A stretch of DNA of 64,000 nt from Candidatus Omnitrophota bacterium (GTDB lineage: Bacteria > Ratteibacteria > UBA8468 > MWAK01). Below, one piece after another: positions 17,359-31,436 of the stretch. Position numbers and translations under genes: made by a program. The DNA is taken from NCBI GenBank assembly GCA_043826355.1, contig JBDRQI010000003.1, positions 7,440-71,439 on the forward strand, written 5' to 3'. How positions within the stretch are numbered: position 1 is the stretch's first letter; the number at the start of each line of letters is the position of its first letter. The notes under the pieces were generated by a model, which did not search any database, was not told the DNA's origin, and saw only the letters and a list, made by a program, of their open reading frames with translations.

Positions 17359-17383
17359 TTAAATCCAGGGGATGGGTTATAAT
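17355..17383 (+). promoter_or_regulatory. Putative sigma70 promoter TTGATT-N17-TATAAT for rpsF-ssb-rpsR-rplI operon
   Basis: Near-consensus -35 and perfect -10 with 17-bp spacer ~55 bp upstream of rpsF start. Confidence 0.45.
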
Positions 17384-17438
17384 ATTTATTTAAATTAAAC
17401 ACAGCGGACAAACGGAGATCCGATAAAAAGGGGGTGTA

Positions 17439-17750
17439 ATGGAACGAGATTATGAGGGATTTATGATTTTAGACCCCACCCTTTCCGAGGAAACGGTTGA
17501 AAAAGAGGCGACCAGGATAGCCGCTTCTTTTCCGGAAGGAAAGGCAACCTGTCAAAATCTGGGTAGGAAAAAATTTGCCTATCCGATCAAGAAACAGATT
17601 CAAGGTTATTATCTGCTCTGTAATTTCACGGCTGATGCTCAAAAAAGAACTGAATTGGAGCAGACACTGCGCGGTAATCCGGCACTTTTAAGATACCTGA
17701 TTATCCGGGCGCTGAGACCGAAGAAAAAGGATTTAAAGACACAGAATTAA
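17439..17750 (+). CDS. rpsF: 30S ribosomal protein S6
   Basis: 103 aa; conserved rpsF-ssb-rpsR-rplI synteny; N-terminal S6-like sequence. Confidence 0.8.
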   Translation: MERDYEGFMILDPTLSEETVEKEATRIAASFPEGKATCQNLGRKKFAYPIKKQIQGYYLLCNFTADAQKRTELEQTLRGNPALLRYLIIRALRPKKKDLKTQN

Positions 17751-17761
17751 GGAGGCAGGGA

Positions 17762-18214
17762 ATGTCGGTAAACATAAACCGCGTAATGCTGGCCGGTAAT
17801 TTAACCCGTGACCCGGAGATGCGTTTTACGCCTTCCGGTACCGCAGTTACCAACATAGGATTAGCCGTCAATAGAGAATATACAACCAAGGAAGGTGAGA
17901 AAAAAAAGGAAGTGGCGTTTGTCAGAATCGTTACCTGGGGCAGGCAAGCTCAAAGTTGCCAGGAACATCTCAAAAAAGGGAGCGCTATCCTGGTAGAGGG
18001 CAGACTGCAAAGCCGTTCCTGGGAAACAGCCGAAAAGGAAAAACGCAATACCCTGGAAGTAACCGCCGAAAGAGTTCATTTTTTAACTCGGTCAGACCGG
18101 TCAGGCTTTGCCGACCAGTCAAGCTTCGCCCAGACGAGCCGGCGAACTGAAGAGCAAACGATTGGAGAAGAAAACTTTGAATATGACGAACCAGAGGAAC
18201 AAAAAGAGGGGTAA
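17762..18214 (+). CDS. ssb: Single-stranded DNA-binding protein
   Basis: OB-fold N-terminus [29 protein letters not shown]…, acidic C-terminal tail (…[11 protein letters not shown]). Confidence 0.9.
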   Translation: MSVNINRVMLAGNLTRDPEMRFTPSGTAVTNIGLAVNREYTTKEGEKKKEVAFVRIVTWGRQAQSCQEHLKKGSAILVEGRLQSRSWETAEKEKRNTLEVTAERVHFLTRSDRSGFADQSSFAQTSRRTEEQTIGEENFEYDEPEEQKEG

Positions 18215-18446
18215 GAAAACAAAAAAGGCCAAGCGGTTTTTGATCGCCAAGAAATGCCGTTTTTGCGAAGCCGGTATTCTGGATATTGATTATAAAGACG
18301 CCGGAGCCCTGAGACGGCATCTTTCCAGCCGGGGCAAGATACTTGCGGCGCGATACACCGGAACCTGCGCCCGGCATCAGCGCAAACTGGGCGACGCTAT
18401 TAAACGCAGCCGTTACATGGCTCTCTTACCTTATATTGTTCGGTAA
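18183..18446 (+). CDS. rpsR: 30S ribosomal protein S18
   Basis: …KKCRFCEAG…[25 protein letters not shown]… S18 signature; start inferred at MTNQRNKK (overlaps ssb 3' end). Confidence 0.8.
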   Translation: MTNQRNKKRGKKTKKAKRFLIAKKCRFCEAGILDIDYKDAGALRRHLSSRGKILAARYTGTCARHQRKLGDAIKRSRYMALLPYIVR

Positions 18447-18622
18447 AAATTAACAGGAGCAAGGGACGCCGGAATAAAACTGCGCTGGGGTTAATTTATT
18501 TTCCCGGTGTGAGAAAATTTGAGTTCAGGTGTCTGCCTCGTAAAATAACGATGCGCACCAGACAAAACTCCGCAAACTTTTCCTCATCAGGCACCTTCGC
18601 TTAAACATTGAAAGGAGATATA

Positions 18623-19075
18623 ATGAAAGTAATCTTGAGAACCGGGGTTGCAAATTTAGGTGAAGCCGGAGAATTAAAAGAAGTAACGGGTGGATTCGCC
18701 CGCAATTTTCTTTTACCCCGGAAACTGGCTTATCCGGCTTCAAAAGCCGCGGAGAAACAAGTGGCAGAAGAACACCTGGCCAACGAACGCCGAACCATAA
18801 GGGAACACCGCACGCAACTGGAGCTGGCAAGTAAACTCAAAGATGTTTCCCTTACGCTTCAGGTTACGGCTGGAAGCGAAGAACAATTGTACGGTTCGGT
18901 CAGTGAGCGTGATATCGTAACCGCTCTGGCCGCGGAATATCAAATTAAACTGGAAGCAAAAGCGATTAAACTTGAGGAACCGATTAAACAGTTGGGCGTT
19001 TATAAGGTGCCGGTCCGGCTCAGTCCTGAAGTGGAAAGTACCATAACCGTGTGGGTTGTAAAGAACAGTGGATAG
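18623..19075 (+). CDS. rplI: 50S ribosomal protein L9
   Basis: MKVILRTGVANLGEAGELKEV…NFLLPRKLA canonical L9 N-terminus. Confidence 0.85.
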   Translation: MKVILRTGVANLGEAGELKEVTGGFARNFLLPRKLAYPASKAAEKQVAEEHLANERRTIREHRTQLELASKLKDVSLTLQVTAGSEEQLYGSVSERDIVTALAAEYQIKLEAKAIKLEEPIKQLGVYKVPVRLSPEVESTITVWVVKNSG

Positions 19076-20426
19076 CACTAATTCCAAAGAAACCCTTAAT
19101 TTACTGGAAGAACGCGTTCCACCCCACAACCTGGAAGCGGAGATGGCGCTTTTAGGCGCTATGCTCCTTTCGGAAGAAGCGCGCCTTCTGGCTATTGAAC
19201 AGGTACGAACCGGTTACTTCTACAAAAAAGCGAACAGTCGCATTTTTGAGGCAATCTGTAAACTTTTTGAAGCAAATCAGCCCTGTGACCTGGTAACCCT
19301 CACCGACCTTCTGAACCGGGAAAATATCCTGAAAGAATTGGGCGGCCCGGCCTATCTTGCCGGATTGATTGACCTGGTTCCTACCCCATCCAATATCGGC
19401 CAGTATATCAGGATAACCGAGGAACACTTCATTCGTCGTTCCCTGATTGACGGTTGTTCTAAAATCATCTCCAAAAGTTACCAGATGGCCGATGACGTGG
19501 ACGACCTCCTTGATGACTCCGAAAAGACAATTTTCCAGATTTCGGAAAGACAGAAACAGGATATCCTTCCCATTCGCCAACTGGTAACCCAGAGTTTTGA
19601 AACCCTGTCCAAGCTTTACCAGAATCGCGAACACCTCACCGGCCTGGGCACCGGCCTGGAAGAGTTGGATAAGATTACGGGCGGGTTTCAAAATTCCGAC
19701 CTGATCGTGCTTGCCTCCCGGCCGTCAATGGGGAAAACCTCCCTGGCCTGTTCAATAGCCCGTTTTCTGGTAGTGGAAAAGAAGGTTCCGGCGCTTTTCT
19801 TCAGTCTGGAGATGAGTTGCGACCAACTGGTGCAGCGAATGATCTGTTCCGAGGCCCGGGTAAATATTCGTGATTTCCGAAGCGGATTTACGAAAGAACC
19901 GGATTGGCCAAAGCTCACTTCGGCCGCTGGCAGATTAAGCGATTCGCTGCTTTACATTGATGATACACCCGGACTTTCCGCCCTGGAAATCAGGGCAAGG
20001 GCGCGGCGGATGGTTGCCAGAGAGAAAATCAAAATTGTTTTTGTTGATTACCTTCAATTAATAAGAGGACGGGGCAGAGTAGAAAATCGTCAGCAGGAGA
20101 TTACCGAAATTTCGTCCGGTTTGAAAAATATGGCCAAAGAATTGAAAATTCCCGTAGTGGCGCTTTCCCAGTTGTCGCGGGCGGTGGAGATGAGGGAAGA
20201 ACACCAGCCCCGGCTTTCGGACCTGCGGGAAAGCGGTTCTATTGAACAGGACGCGGACGTGGTCCTTCTCCTGGTTCGCGAAGAGCAGTATACACCAACC
20301 GAGGAAAACAAGGGAAAAGCAAAACTGATTGTAGCTAAACAGCGCAACGGGCCTACCGGTGAGATGGACCTTACTTTCCTTAAAGAATATACCCGTTTCG
20401 AAAACCCTTCTTACAGAATACCTTAA
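19068..20426 (+). CDS. dnaB: Replicative DNA helicase DnaB
   Basis: N-terminal …PPHNLEAEMALLGAML…, Walker A ASRPSMGKTSLA; 452 aa. Confidence 0.9.
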   Translation: MDSTNSKETLNLLEERVPPHNLEAEMALLGAMLLSEEARLLAIEQVRTGYFYKKANSRIFEAICKLFEANQPCDLVTLTDLLNRENILKELGGPAYLAGLIDLVPTPSNIGQYIRITEEHFIRRSLIDGCSKIISKSYQMADDVDDLLDDSEKTIFQISERQKQDILPIRQLVTQSFETLSKLYQNREHLTGLGTGLEELDKITGGFQNSDLIVLASRPSMGKTSLACSIARFLVVEKKVPALFFSLEMSCDQLVQRMICSEARVNIRDFRSGFTKEPDWPKLTSAAGRLSDSLLYIDDTPGLSALEIRARARRMVAREKIKIVFVDYLQLIRGRGRVENRQQEITEISSGLKNMAKELKIPVVALSQLSRAVEMREEHQPRLSDLRESGSIEQDADVVLLLVREEQYTPTEENKGKAKLIVAKQRNGPTGEMDLTFLKEYTRFENPSYRIP

Positions 20427-20445
20427 AGGGTTGACGCAGAATAAA

Positions 20446-21156
20446 ATGGTAGCCGTAATTATCGTGGCCGCAGGCAAGGGCGAACGTTTAGCGGCTGGCG
20501 TCGACAAACCGTTCATCAAGTTGAACGGCCGGCCAATCGTCTCTTACAGCTTATCCTTGTTTGAAGAAATAACGGAAATCTCTTCAATAATCCTGGTGGT
20601 TTCCGGAGAAAGGATGGCCGACGCCGCTGCTCTGGTTACCCGATGCGGTTTAAGTAAGGTTAGGAAAATAGCGATTGGCGGTGCCGTTCGGCAGGAATCG
20701 GTATTCAACGGTCTGGAAGCACTCCCCCTTACAACCCGGACCGTCCTGATTCACGATGCCGCCCGGCCCCTGGTTTCCAAAGATAAGGTCGTGCAATTAA
20801 TCGCCATGGGGGGTAAAATTGCAACTATTCCGGCTCTGCCGGTTTCCGATACACTCAAAGAAGTGAAAGGCGGATGTATCCTGCGCACACTTGACCGCCG
20901 GCATTTTTATGCGGTTCAAACACCCCAGGTCTTTCCGCGGGAGGTTATTCTGACCGCCTACCGGCAAGCAAAACGTTTCGGGACGGTCGGCACGGATGAT
21001 GCCGCGCTGGCCGAGGCCGCCGGTTTCCCGGTGCAAATTATCGAAGGCGAACGCACCAATATCAAAATTACCTACCCGGATGACCTTATTTACGCCGGGA
21101 TAATACTAAAATTGAAAAAACAAAAGCATAAGCACAAATTATCAAACACAGCTTAA
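20446..21156 (+). CDS. ispD: 2-C-methyl-D-erythritol 4-phosphate cytidylyltransferase
   Basis: MVAVIIVAAGKGERL… glycine-rich CTP-binding start; ~236 aa. Confidence 0.85.
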   Translation: MVAVIIVAAGKGERLAAGVDKPFIKLNGRPIVSYSLSLFEEITEISSIILVVSGERMADAAALVTRCGLSKVRKIAIGGAVRQESVFNGLEALPLTTRTVLIHDAARPLVSKDKVVQLIAMGGKIATIPALPVSDTLKEVKGGCILRTLDRRHFYAVQTPQVFPREVILTAYRQAKRFGTVGTDDAALAEAAGFPVQIIEGERTNIKITYPDDLIYAGIILKLKKQKHKHKLSNTA

Positions 21157-21203
21157 GACCGATAATCGTAGATACAGATTAAGGATCAGGTAATGCCAAA
21201 TTT

Positions 21204-21300
21204 GCCACGGAAACACGGAAAAGTTCAATTTAAATATTTTAATCTTTATTATTTAACTTAAAATATCTCTTTGTTTCGTGTTATTCCGTGCTTCCGTGGT
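21204..21300. repeat. 14-bp inverted repeat (CCACGGAAACACGG / CCGTGCTTCCGTGG) flanking ~55-bp AT-rich spacer upstream of queD
   Basis: Read directly; one mismatch; lies in ispD-queD intergenic region. Confidence 0.4.
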
Positions 21301-21344
21301 ATTTTTTTTAGTATCATCCGGATGTTTGCGTCCAAAATAATTTT

Positions 21345-21716
21345 ATGCCTTACTTAATTGAAGTCACGGGTGCTTTCAGCGCCGCCCATCAGTTGCGCGG
21401 TTACCGGGGAAAATGCGAACACCTTCATGGCCATAACTGGAAGGTGACCATAACGCTCTCGGCCAAAAAAATTGATAAAACAGGCCTGGCAATCGATTTC
21501 GGCGAAGTCAAACAGATGCTGTCCAAAATCACGCAAACAATGGACCACACCTTTTTAAACGAACATCCGTATTTTCAAAAATCAAATCCTTCCTCGGAGA
21601 ATATTGCCCGGTATGTTCACGATTCCGCGCGTTCTCTGCTTTCGAAAAAGAAGGTAAAAGTGGAATCGGTTGCGGTTTGGGAATCCGAAAAAACCAAAGC
21701 TGTTTATTCAGAATAA
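21345..21716 (+). CDS. queD: 6-carboxy-5,6,7,8-tetrahydropterin synthase
   Basis: 123 aa; …AAHQL…CEHLHGHNWKV… QueD/PTPS zinc motif. Confidence 0.85.
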   Translation: MPYLIEVTGAFSAAHQLRGYRGKCEHLHGHNWKVTITLSAKKIDKTGLAIDFGEVKQMLSKITQTMDHTFLNEHPYFQKSNPSSENIARYVHDSARSLLSKKKVKVESVAVWESEKTKAVYSE

Positions 21717-22393
21717 TGAAGAAGGCGGTAGTTCTTTTATCCGGCGGTCTTGATTCCACCACGGTCCTTTACTGGGCAAAGAAGCGACGTTACCAGGTGC
21801 TTCCGCTTGCCTTTGACTACGGACAACGTCACGGTAAAAAAGAACTTAGTGCCGCCAGAAAGATAGCCTGCCTGAATGAATTAAACTTAAAGGTTATCCG
21901 AATCAGTTTGCCCTGGAAGGGTAGCAGTCTGATTGATAAGAGTTGCCCCTTGCCACAGGTCTCTTCGGAGAAAGATATCGGCGGGGCAATTCCTTCAACC
22001 TACGTTCCGGGCCGAAACCTTATTTTTCTCGCCTTCGCCTTTTCCTACGCGGAGTCGGTTAACGCTTCCCTGGTCTTAATCGGCGCCAACAGCGTTGATT
22101 TTTCCGGATACCCTGATTGCCGGCCCCAGTTTTACCGCCTCCTGAATCGCCTCGCCCAGATCGGAACCAGAGCGGGCTGTGAAGGCCAGCGAATTCAGGT
22201 CATTACACCATTAATCTATCTCTCCAAAGTCAACATCATTCGCCTGGGGAAAAAATTAAAGGTTCCTTTCCGGTTCACCTGGTCCTGTTACGCGGGCAGA
22301 AAAAAACCATGCGGAAGATGCGACAGTTGTTTACTGCGCAGCCGGGGTTTTACAGAAGCCGGAATAAAAGACCCGCTTTTTTCCGGCAAATAG
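21716..22393 (+). CDS. queC: 7-cyano-7-deazaguanine synthase
   Basis: MKKAVVLLSGGLDSTT PP-loop; C-terminal Cys cluster CGRCDSC. Confidence 0.9.
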   Translation: MKKAVVLLSGGLDSTTVLYWAKKRRYQVLPLAFDYGQRHGKKELSAARKIACLNELNLKVIRISLPWKGSSLIDKSCPLPQVSSEKDIGGAIPSTYVPGRNLIFLAFAFSYAESVNASLVLIGANSVDFSGYPDCRPQFYRLLNRLAQIGTRAGCEGQRIQVITPLIYLSKVNIIRLGKKLKVPFRFTWSCYAGRKKPCGRCDSCLLRSRGFTEAGIKDPLFSGK

Positions 22394-22420
22394 ACCGATT
22401 GTATTCTTTCGCAACCCCTT

Positions 22421-23119
22421 ATGCGCACCGCTAAAATAAACGAACTGTTTTTTTCCGTTCAAGGGGAAGGTATCTTTATCGGCTATCCCCAGGTATTTGT
22501 CCGGTTTGCCGGTTGTAACCTGTCCTGCCGGTATTGCGATTTGCCGGAAACTCTCCCGGTAAAAAAAATCACCGCCCCGAAACTCATCGACCGCATTTTA
22601 ACTATTACCAAGGAAAAAGGAAGCGTTCATTCCGTTTCGTTGACCGGAGGTGAACCATTACTGCAAGCCGATTTTTTAAACGGTTTCCTTCCGCGTTTAA
22701 AACGAAGGAAGCTTCCGGTATACCTGGAAACCAACGGAACCTTGCCGGAGGAACTTAAAAAAATTGGGAAACAGCTCAATTTTATTGCGATGGACCTGAA
22801 AATTCCGAGTGCAACCGAACAGGCGTCTTGCTGGTGCGTACACCGTCATTTCCTGGAGGAATGTCAGCGTTTTCCAAGTCAAATATTCGTCAAGGTTGTG
22901 GTGACAAGCAATACCGATTCCAGCGAAATAAATCATGCCGCAAAACTGGTGCGTAAAATTAACGCGAAGATACCCCTGATAATCCAACCGGCATTAGATC
23001 GAAACGGAGAACCGGAAGTAAGCGGTCAAAAATTAACGCATCTTTTTCAGGCGGCCTTTAAGATTTTGTCAACCACCCGTCTTATTCCGCCGGTCCACCG
23101 GTTCCTCCGCCTGCCCTGA
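22421..23119 (+). CDS. queE: 7-carboxy-7-deazaguanine synthase (radical SAM)
   Basis: …FFSVQGEGIFIGYPQVFVRFAGCNLSCRYCD… QueE radical-SAM signature. Confidence 0.85.
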   Translation: MRTAKINELFFSVQGEGIFIGYPQVFVRFAGCNLSCRYCDLPETLPVKKITAPKLIDRILTITKEKGSVHSVSLTGGEPLLQADFLNGFLPRLKRRKLPVYLETNGTLPEELKKIGKQLNFIAMDLKIPSATEQASCWCVHRHFLEECQRFPSQIFVKVVVTSNTDSSEINHAAKLVRKINAKIPLIIQPALDRNGEPEVSGQKLTHLFQAAFKILSTTRLIPPVHRFLRLP

Positions 23120-23204
23120 ATTTGTGGTAAAATAGATGTAATTTAAGTTTTAGGGATTTTTGCGTTAATAATGTCTTGCCCAAAAAGAGATTATCACGAA
23201 CGAA

Positions 23205-23555
23205 ATGAAGCAATCCTATACGAGATTACCGCGCCAGCCGAAGTCTGACTCGCAAGACACATTCGGAAACGAGTATGGATGTTCTCAGACGCGATGGCAA
23301 TGCCGGCGCGACCAACACCGTTTTGTGGAGAAACAGATTAACCACTACGGCAACCGGGAAGAAGAGGGAATCTATCTTGTTCCCACGTACCTGAGCATCG
23401 ACCCTGTGTACGGTTTCACCCCGCAGGAAGTAAATGCAAACGCCCGGAGCAACTTCAAGGTAATGCGCATTACCGCGAACGGGGTCCATCCAGGAGTCGA
23501 GGGCTACCTGCAGATGGCCGACACTATTTACGGGTGGCTGAAGGGAATTTTTTAA
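23205..23555 (+). pseudogene. Possible C-terminal remnant of an SGNH/GDSL hydrolase
   Basis: C-terminal …ANGVHPGVEGYLQMADTIYGWL… resembles the DxxH catalytic block of SGNH hydrolases; no N-terminal GDS block and only 85 bp of upstream spacer. Confidence 0.3.
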
Positions 23556-23609
23556 TGGGTAGTGTCAAAAAATCAAACGAAAGGAAATGAAAAATAAAAG
23601 GAAACCGGC

Positions 23610-24562
23610 GTGATGAGGCAACATCTTCTAACAACAATTCGCGTGGCGGTAAGCAGCCTGCTTATCTTTTTAATGGTTGCGCCGGCTGCAAAAATCATAT
23701 CACCTGTTTTCCCGCTGGTTGATATCAGCGGTTTTTCGGAAATTATACGTAATACCGACAAGGGATTTCTTTTGCTCGCCGCCGTCTTTTCTCTTATTTC
23801 GGCGGTGATGCTGGCCTGGCGCTGGAAGATTGTTATCTTGAACAACAGACTCTCTTTCCCCTTTTTGCTGCGCCTGACCTTTATCGGTATGTTTTTTAAC
23901 AACTTTCTGCCCACCGGCGCCGGTGGGGATATCGTAAAGGGATATTATCTGTTGAAAGGCCGGGAGAAGAAATTGGACCTGGGTATCTCCATCTTTATAG
24001 ATCGCCTGATTGGAACGCTATCCATAATGACGATGGGTTTTGTCGCGTCTCTTTTTTTCCCGAACCTGCCCCGAGTTACCGTATATCTGATAGTTATTAT
24101 TTATATATCTATTCTCTTTTTTCTGCTCCTTTCCGCCTGGCCCGAACTGGGGAGGATTTTAGGGAAGGTTCTCTTTTTCCATACCTGGGGGAAACCGGCA
24201 GAATCAATCCGGCGCTTCTATTACGGATTACATAATTACCTGCAAAACCCCCGGCCATTATTGCAGGCGCTGCTGGTCTCTTTCGGCTGCCAATTACTCA
24301 TAATCGACGTAAATTATCTGGTTGCACTCGGCTTGAAGGCACCGGTGCCTTTGGGTTCCTTTTTTGTTTCCATTCCTTTAATCTGGTCGTTTGCCGCGGT
24401 GCCCTCGCTGGGTGGTCTCGGCGTCCGGGAAACCGGCTATCTTTTATTCTTTCAGGGCCGGATGGGCCGGGAAAATGCTTTTGCCCTGGCTTTAATTATA
24501 CTTGGTTTTTCACTTTTAAACAGCCTCATCGGCGGTTTAATCTATTTTTTGGGGGGTGGACA

Positions 24563-24581
<19 letters not shown>
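23610..24581 (+). CDS. UPF0104 / LPG-synthase-TM (flippase-like) family membrane protein
   Basis: Multi-TM protein with …FNNFLPTGAGGDIVKGYYL… motif typical of this family; start codon uncertain. Confidence 0.5.
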
Positions 24582-29032
<4,451 letters not shown>

Positions 29033-29033
<1 letters not shown>

Positions 29034-29120
29034 GGCGACCTTTACGGAAAATGCCAGAATGCCCCGTCCTGTGGACGGGGTTCTTCACTGCAACTATACG
29101 GGTTTCCTGGCTTTTTACAT
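29033..29120. repeat. Direct repeat copy B (degenerate duplicate of aminopeptidase 3' end) with embedded terminator
   Basis: gggcgaccttta[…hairpin…]ctgcaactatacgggtttcctggctttttacataaag aligns with copy A with ~4 mismatches. Confidence 0.6.
29062..29086 (+). terminator. Rho-independent terminator after lacZ
   Basis: CCCCGTCC-tgt-GGACGGGG stem followed by TTCTTC. Confidence 0.5.
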
Positions 29121-29132
29121 AAAGTAATTATT

Positions 29133-30188
29133 TCATTGCGCAGACGCGAAATTAGAGGATAAAACAAAATATTCTTTTAACTTTGACGCCTGAAGATTGT
29201 TGGAAATTCGAAGTTTCTGTTGCCGGCCGGAAATAAAGAAACGCCGCAAGTATTCAACCTCTTCGTAATCAACCCGGTAAGAAGTATCCATCAGACCACT
29301 GAGCGCCTGGCGTAAAATCTCGCGTTGCAGGGAAATGGGAAGAGATAAAAATTCCCGGCGGGGGATTTTATATCCCTCCGCTGCGTTTGTAGGGGCTCGA
29401 TTCATCGAGCCCGATGCGGGTCGCATGAATGCGACCCCTACATTATTAAAAAGACAGCGGGATTTTAAAAAATCAGCGGCCTGGCCGGAAATGTATTGGT
29501 AATCGGCGTTCAATATCTCGGCCATCCGAAAAAGGGCTCCCTTGATGTTGGGATTATACTCCGCAAGCAACGGCAATAGTTCCAGCCGGATACGGTTACG
29601 CTGAAATTTCTGGTCCAGGTTGGTCGCATCGCTGACAAACCGGTAATCTTTTTCCGCCAGAAATCCGGATATCTCAACCCGGCTTACAGAAAGCAGCGGC
29701 CGGATGAGATTGATTTTGGAACCGCTTGAAACAGGACGATAGGGTGTTATTCCGGAAAGACCCTGCAATCCTGTTCCGCGAATAAGGTGTAAAATAATTG
29801 TCTCGGCCTGGTCATCTAACTGGTGACCGGTCGCAATGGAATGACAGGAAAAATGGTCGGCGGTTTTTTTTAAAAAATCATAGCGCGCCTTCCGGGAAGC
29901 ATCCTCAGCCGCGCCCGGTTTCAAGGAACCTTTTCCGGCCAGAAACGGAACACGGTATTTGGCAGAGAGTTCCTTGCAGAAAACCGAATCATTTTCGGAA
30001 AACGGCCGGAGTCCATGGTCAAAATGCCCGGCAAAGAGACCGAATTTCAGGCGGGTTTGCCATACCCGCAAAAGATGGAAAAGACAGACTGAGTCCGGGC
30101 CCCCGGAAAACGCCAGGAGCACCCGATCCCCTTTTTTGACCAGGGAATGCTCGATAATATACGCTAAAACCTTATTTTGTATTTTCAT
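29133..30188 (-). CDS. tilS: tRNA(Ile)-lysidine synthetase
   Basis: PP-loop LLAFSGGPDSV, …GHQLDDQAET… motif; start inferred at MKIQNKVL abutting mutM stop; contains in-frame repeat insertion at 29389-29442. Confidence 0.8.
   Translation of the reverse strand: MKIQNKVLAYIIEHSLVKKGDRVLLAFSGGPDSVCLFHLLRVWQTRLKFGLFAGHFDHGLRPFSENDSVFCKELSAKYRVPFLAGKGSLKPGAAEDASRKARYDFLKKTADHFSCHSIATGHQLDDQAETIILHLIRGTGLQGLSGITPYRPVSSGSKINLIRPLLSVSRVEISGFLAEKDYRFVSDATNLDQKFQRNRIRLELLPLLAEYNPNIKGALFRMAEILNADYQYISGQAADFLKSRCLFNNVGVAFMRPASGSMNRAPTNAAEGYKIPRREFLSLPISLQREILRQALSGLMDTSYRVDYEEVEYLRRFFISGRQQKLRISNNLQASKLKEYFVLSSNFASAQ
29389..29442. repeat. 54-bp palindromic repeat element (GTAGGGG…two hairpins…CCCCTAC) inserted in-frame in tilS
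   Basis: gtaggggctcgattcatcgagcccgatgcgggtcgcatgaatgcgacccctac: hairpins GCTCGA-ttca-TCGAGC and GGGTCGCAT-gaa-TGCGACCC with inverted termini; translates to …VGVAFMRPASGSMNRAPT… in tilS frame. Confidence 0.6.
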
Positions 30189-30994
30189 ATCTGGCAGGAC
30201 GGGCAGAAATAGGTGGAACGGCTTCCGTCTTTTTGGACTCTGACCAGATTTCCGCAACATCGGCACGGCTGTCCTTTCCGCCGATAAACAAAAAGGCTGT
30301 TTTGGAATTTTCCGTAGCTGCCGTCCGGTTTCAGGTAATCCTGGATTGATGTCCCGCCTGCCTTGAGCGCTTCCTTAAGCGTTGATTTTATCGCCCGATA
30401 GAGTTTTTTTGTTTCGGCCGGCTGTAAAGCGGAGACCCTCCGGTCCGGATGAATGCCGGCCCGGAAAAGCGCCTCGGTCGCATAAATATTGCCCAGACCG
30501 GCTATTCTCTGCTGGTCAAGCAGAAACGTCTTGATACGACTGTTTTTCCCGAAGATGATCTGTTTCCAACATTCAAAGGTAAAATCGGGCGTCAAAGGTT
30601 CCGGACCTAAATTTAATTTTATTTCCGGGTCTTCACGGCGCAGGGTAAACCCGCCGAAACGCCGCAGGTCATGGTAATAAAGCCGGGACCCGTCCTGGAA
30701 CAAAAAAAGGACGTGATGGCGAATCTTGGGCTCCGATCCGGAAGAGTAGAGGAGTTGTCCGGAAAGTTTAAGGTGTACCTGAAGGTACAAGGACGGCTTG
30801 AGGTCAAAGATGAGGTATTTACCTCTGCGTCGGATATTACCAATTTCCCTGCCGATAATCTTTCGTTGAAAAAAAACCGGGGAAGTCTCTTTAATCAGTT
30901 TGGGAACCAGGATTTTTACTGCCTGAATTTTTTTACCGACTAAATCTTTAACCAATTGTCGGCGAATAGTCTCAACTTCCGGTAATTCCGGCAT
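30185..30994 (-). CDS. mutM: Formamidopyrimidine-DNA glycosylase
   Basis: Start MPELPEVE (catalytic Pro2/Glu3), C-terminal zinc finger CxxC…CxxC; ~269 aa from that start. Confidence 0.85.
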   Translation of the reverse strand: MPELPEVETIRRQLVKDLVGKKIQAVKILVPKLIKETSPVFFQRKIIGREIGNIRRRGKYLIFDLKPSLYLQVHLKLSGQLLYSSGSEPKIRHHVLFLFQDGSRLYYHDLRRFGGFTLRREDPEIKLNLGPEPLTPDFTFECWKQIIFGKNSRIKTFLLDQQRIAGLGNIYATEALFRAGIHPDRRVSALQPAETKKLYRAIKSTLKEALKAGGTSIQDYLKPDGSYGKFQNSLFVYRRKGQPCRCCGNLVRVQKDGSRSTYFCPSCQI

Positions 30995-30998
30995 AATA

Positions 30999-31436
30999 TT
31001 ACATCTCTTCCGTTTCTTTTTGGGGATAAGAAAGTTGATACCGCGAATCAAGATAATCCTGCAGAATTATCTGGGCGGAAAGGCGGTCAATTATATTCTT
31101 TCTTTTTTGACGGGAAAGGTCCGCGGAAAGGAGATAACGTTCCGCCAATTTACTGCTCAACCTTTCGTCCCACCTGGTTACCGCGCACCCGGTGATTTCC
31201 CGCAACTTCTCCATAAATCCGAGTATTGTCTTGGCCTGGGAACCCTCCTGATTATCCAGGGTTTTAGGCATGCCCACCACCAGCAGTTGCACCCGGTATT
31301 CCCGGATTATTTCCGGTATTTGTTTTTCCCATTGATTTTTGGGAATGACGGCCAGGCCCCGGGCCAGGGAACCATTTTCGTCGGAAATGGCCAGCCCGAT
31401 GGACCGGTGACCGTAATCAATTCCCAGGATTCGCAT
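30999..31436 (-). CDS. ruvX: Holliday junction resolvase-like protein RuvX/YqgF
   Basis: MRILGIDYGHRSIGLAISD… canonical YqgF N-terminus; 145 aa. Confidence 0.85.
   Translation of the reverse strand: MRILGIDYGHRSIGLAISDENGSLARGLAVIPKNQWEKQIPEIIREYRVQLLVVGMPKTLDNQEGSQAKTILGFMEKLREITGCAVTRWDERLSSKLAERYLLSADLSRQKRKNIIDRLSAQIILQDYLDSRYQLSYPQKETEEM

Noticed and set aside
21157-21344. Possible preQ1 riboswitch upstream of queD-queC-queE
   Set aside because: No preQ1-I-like small hairpin followed by an A-rich tail (AAAAAACUAA) on the sense strand. The region is T-rich on the plus strand and only shows a long-range inverted repeat.
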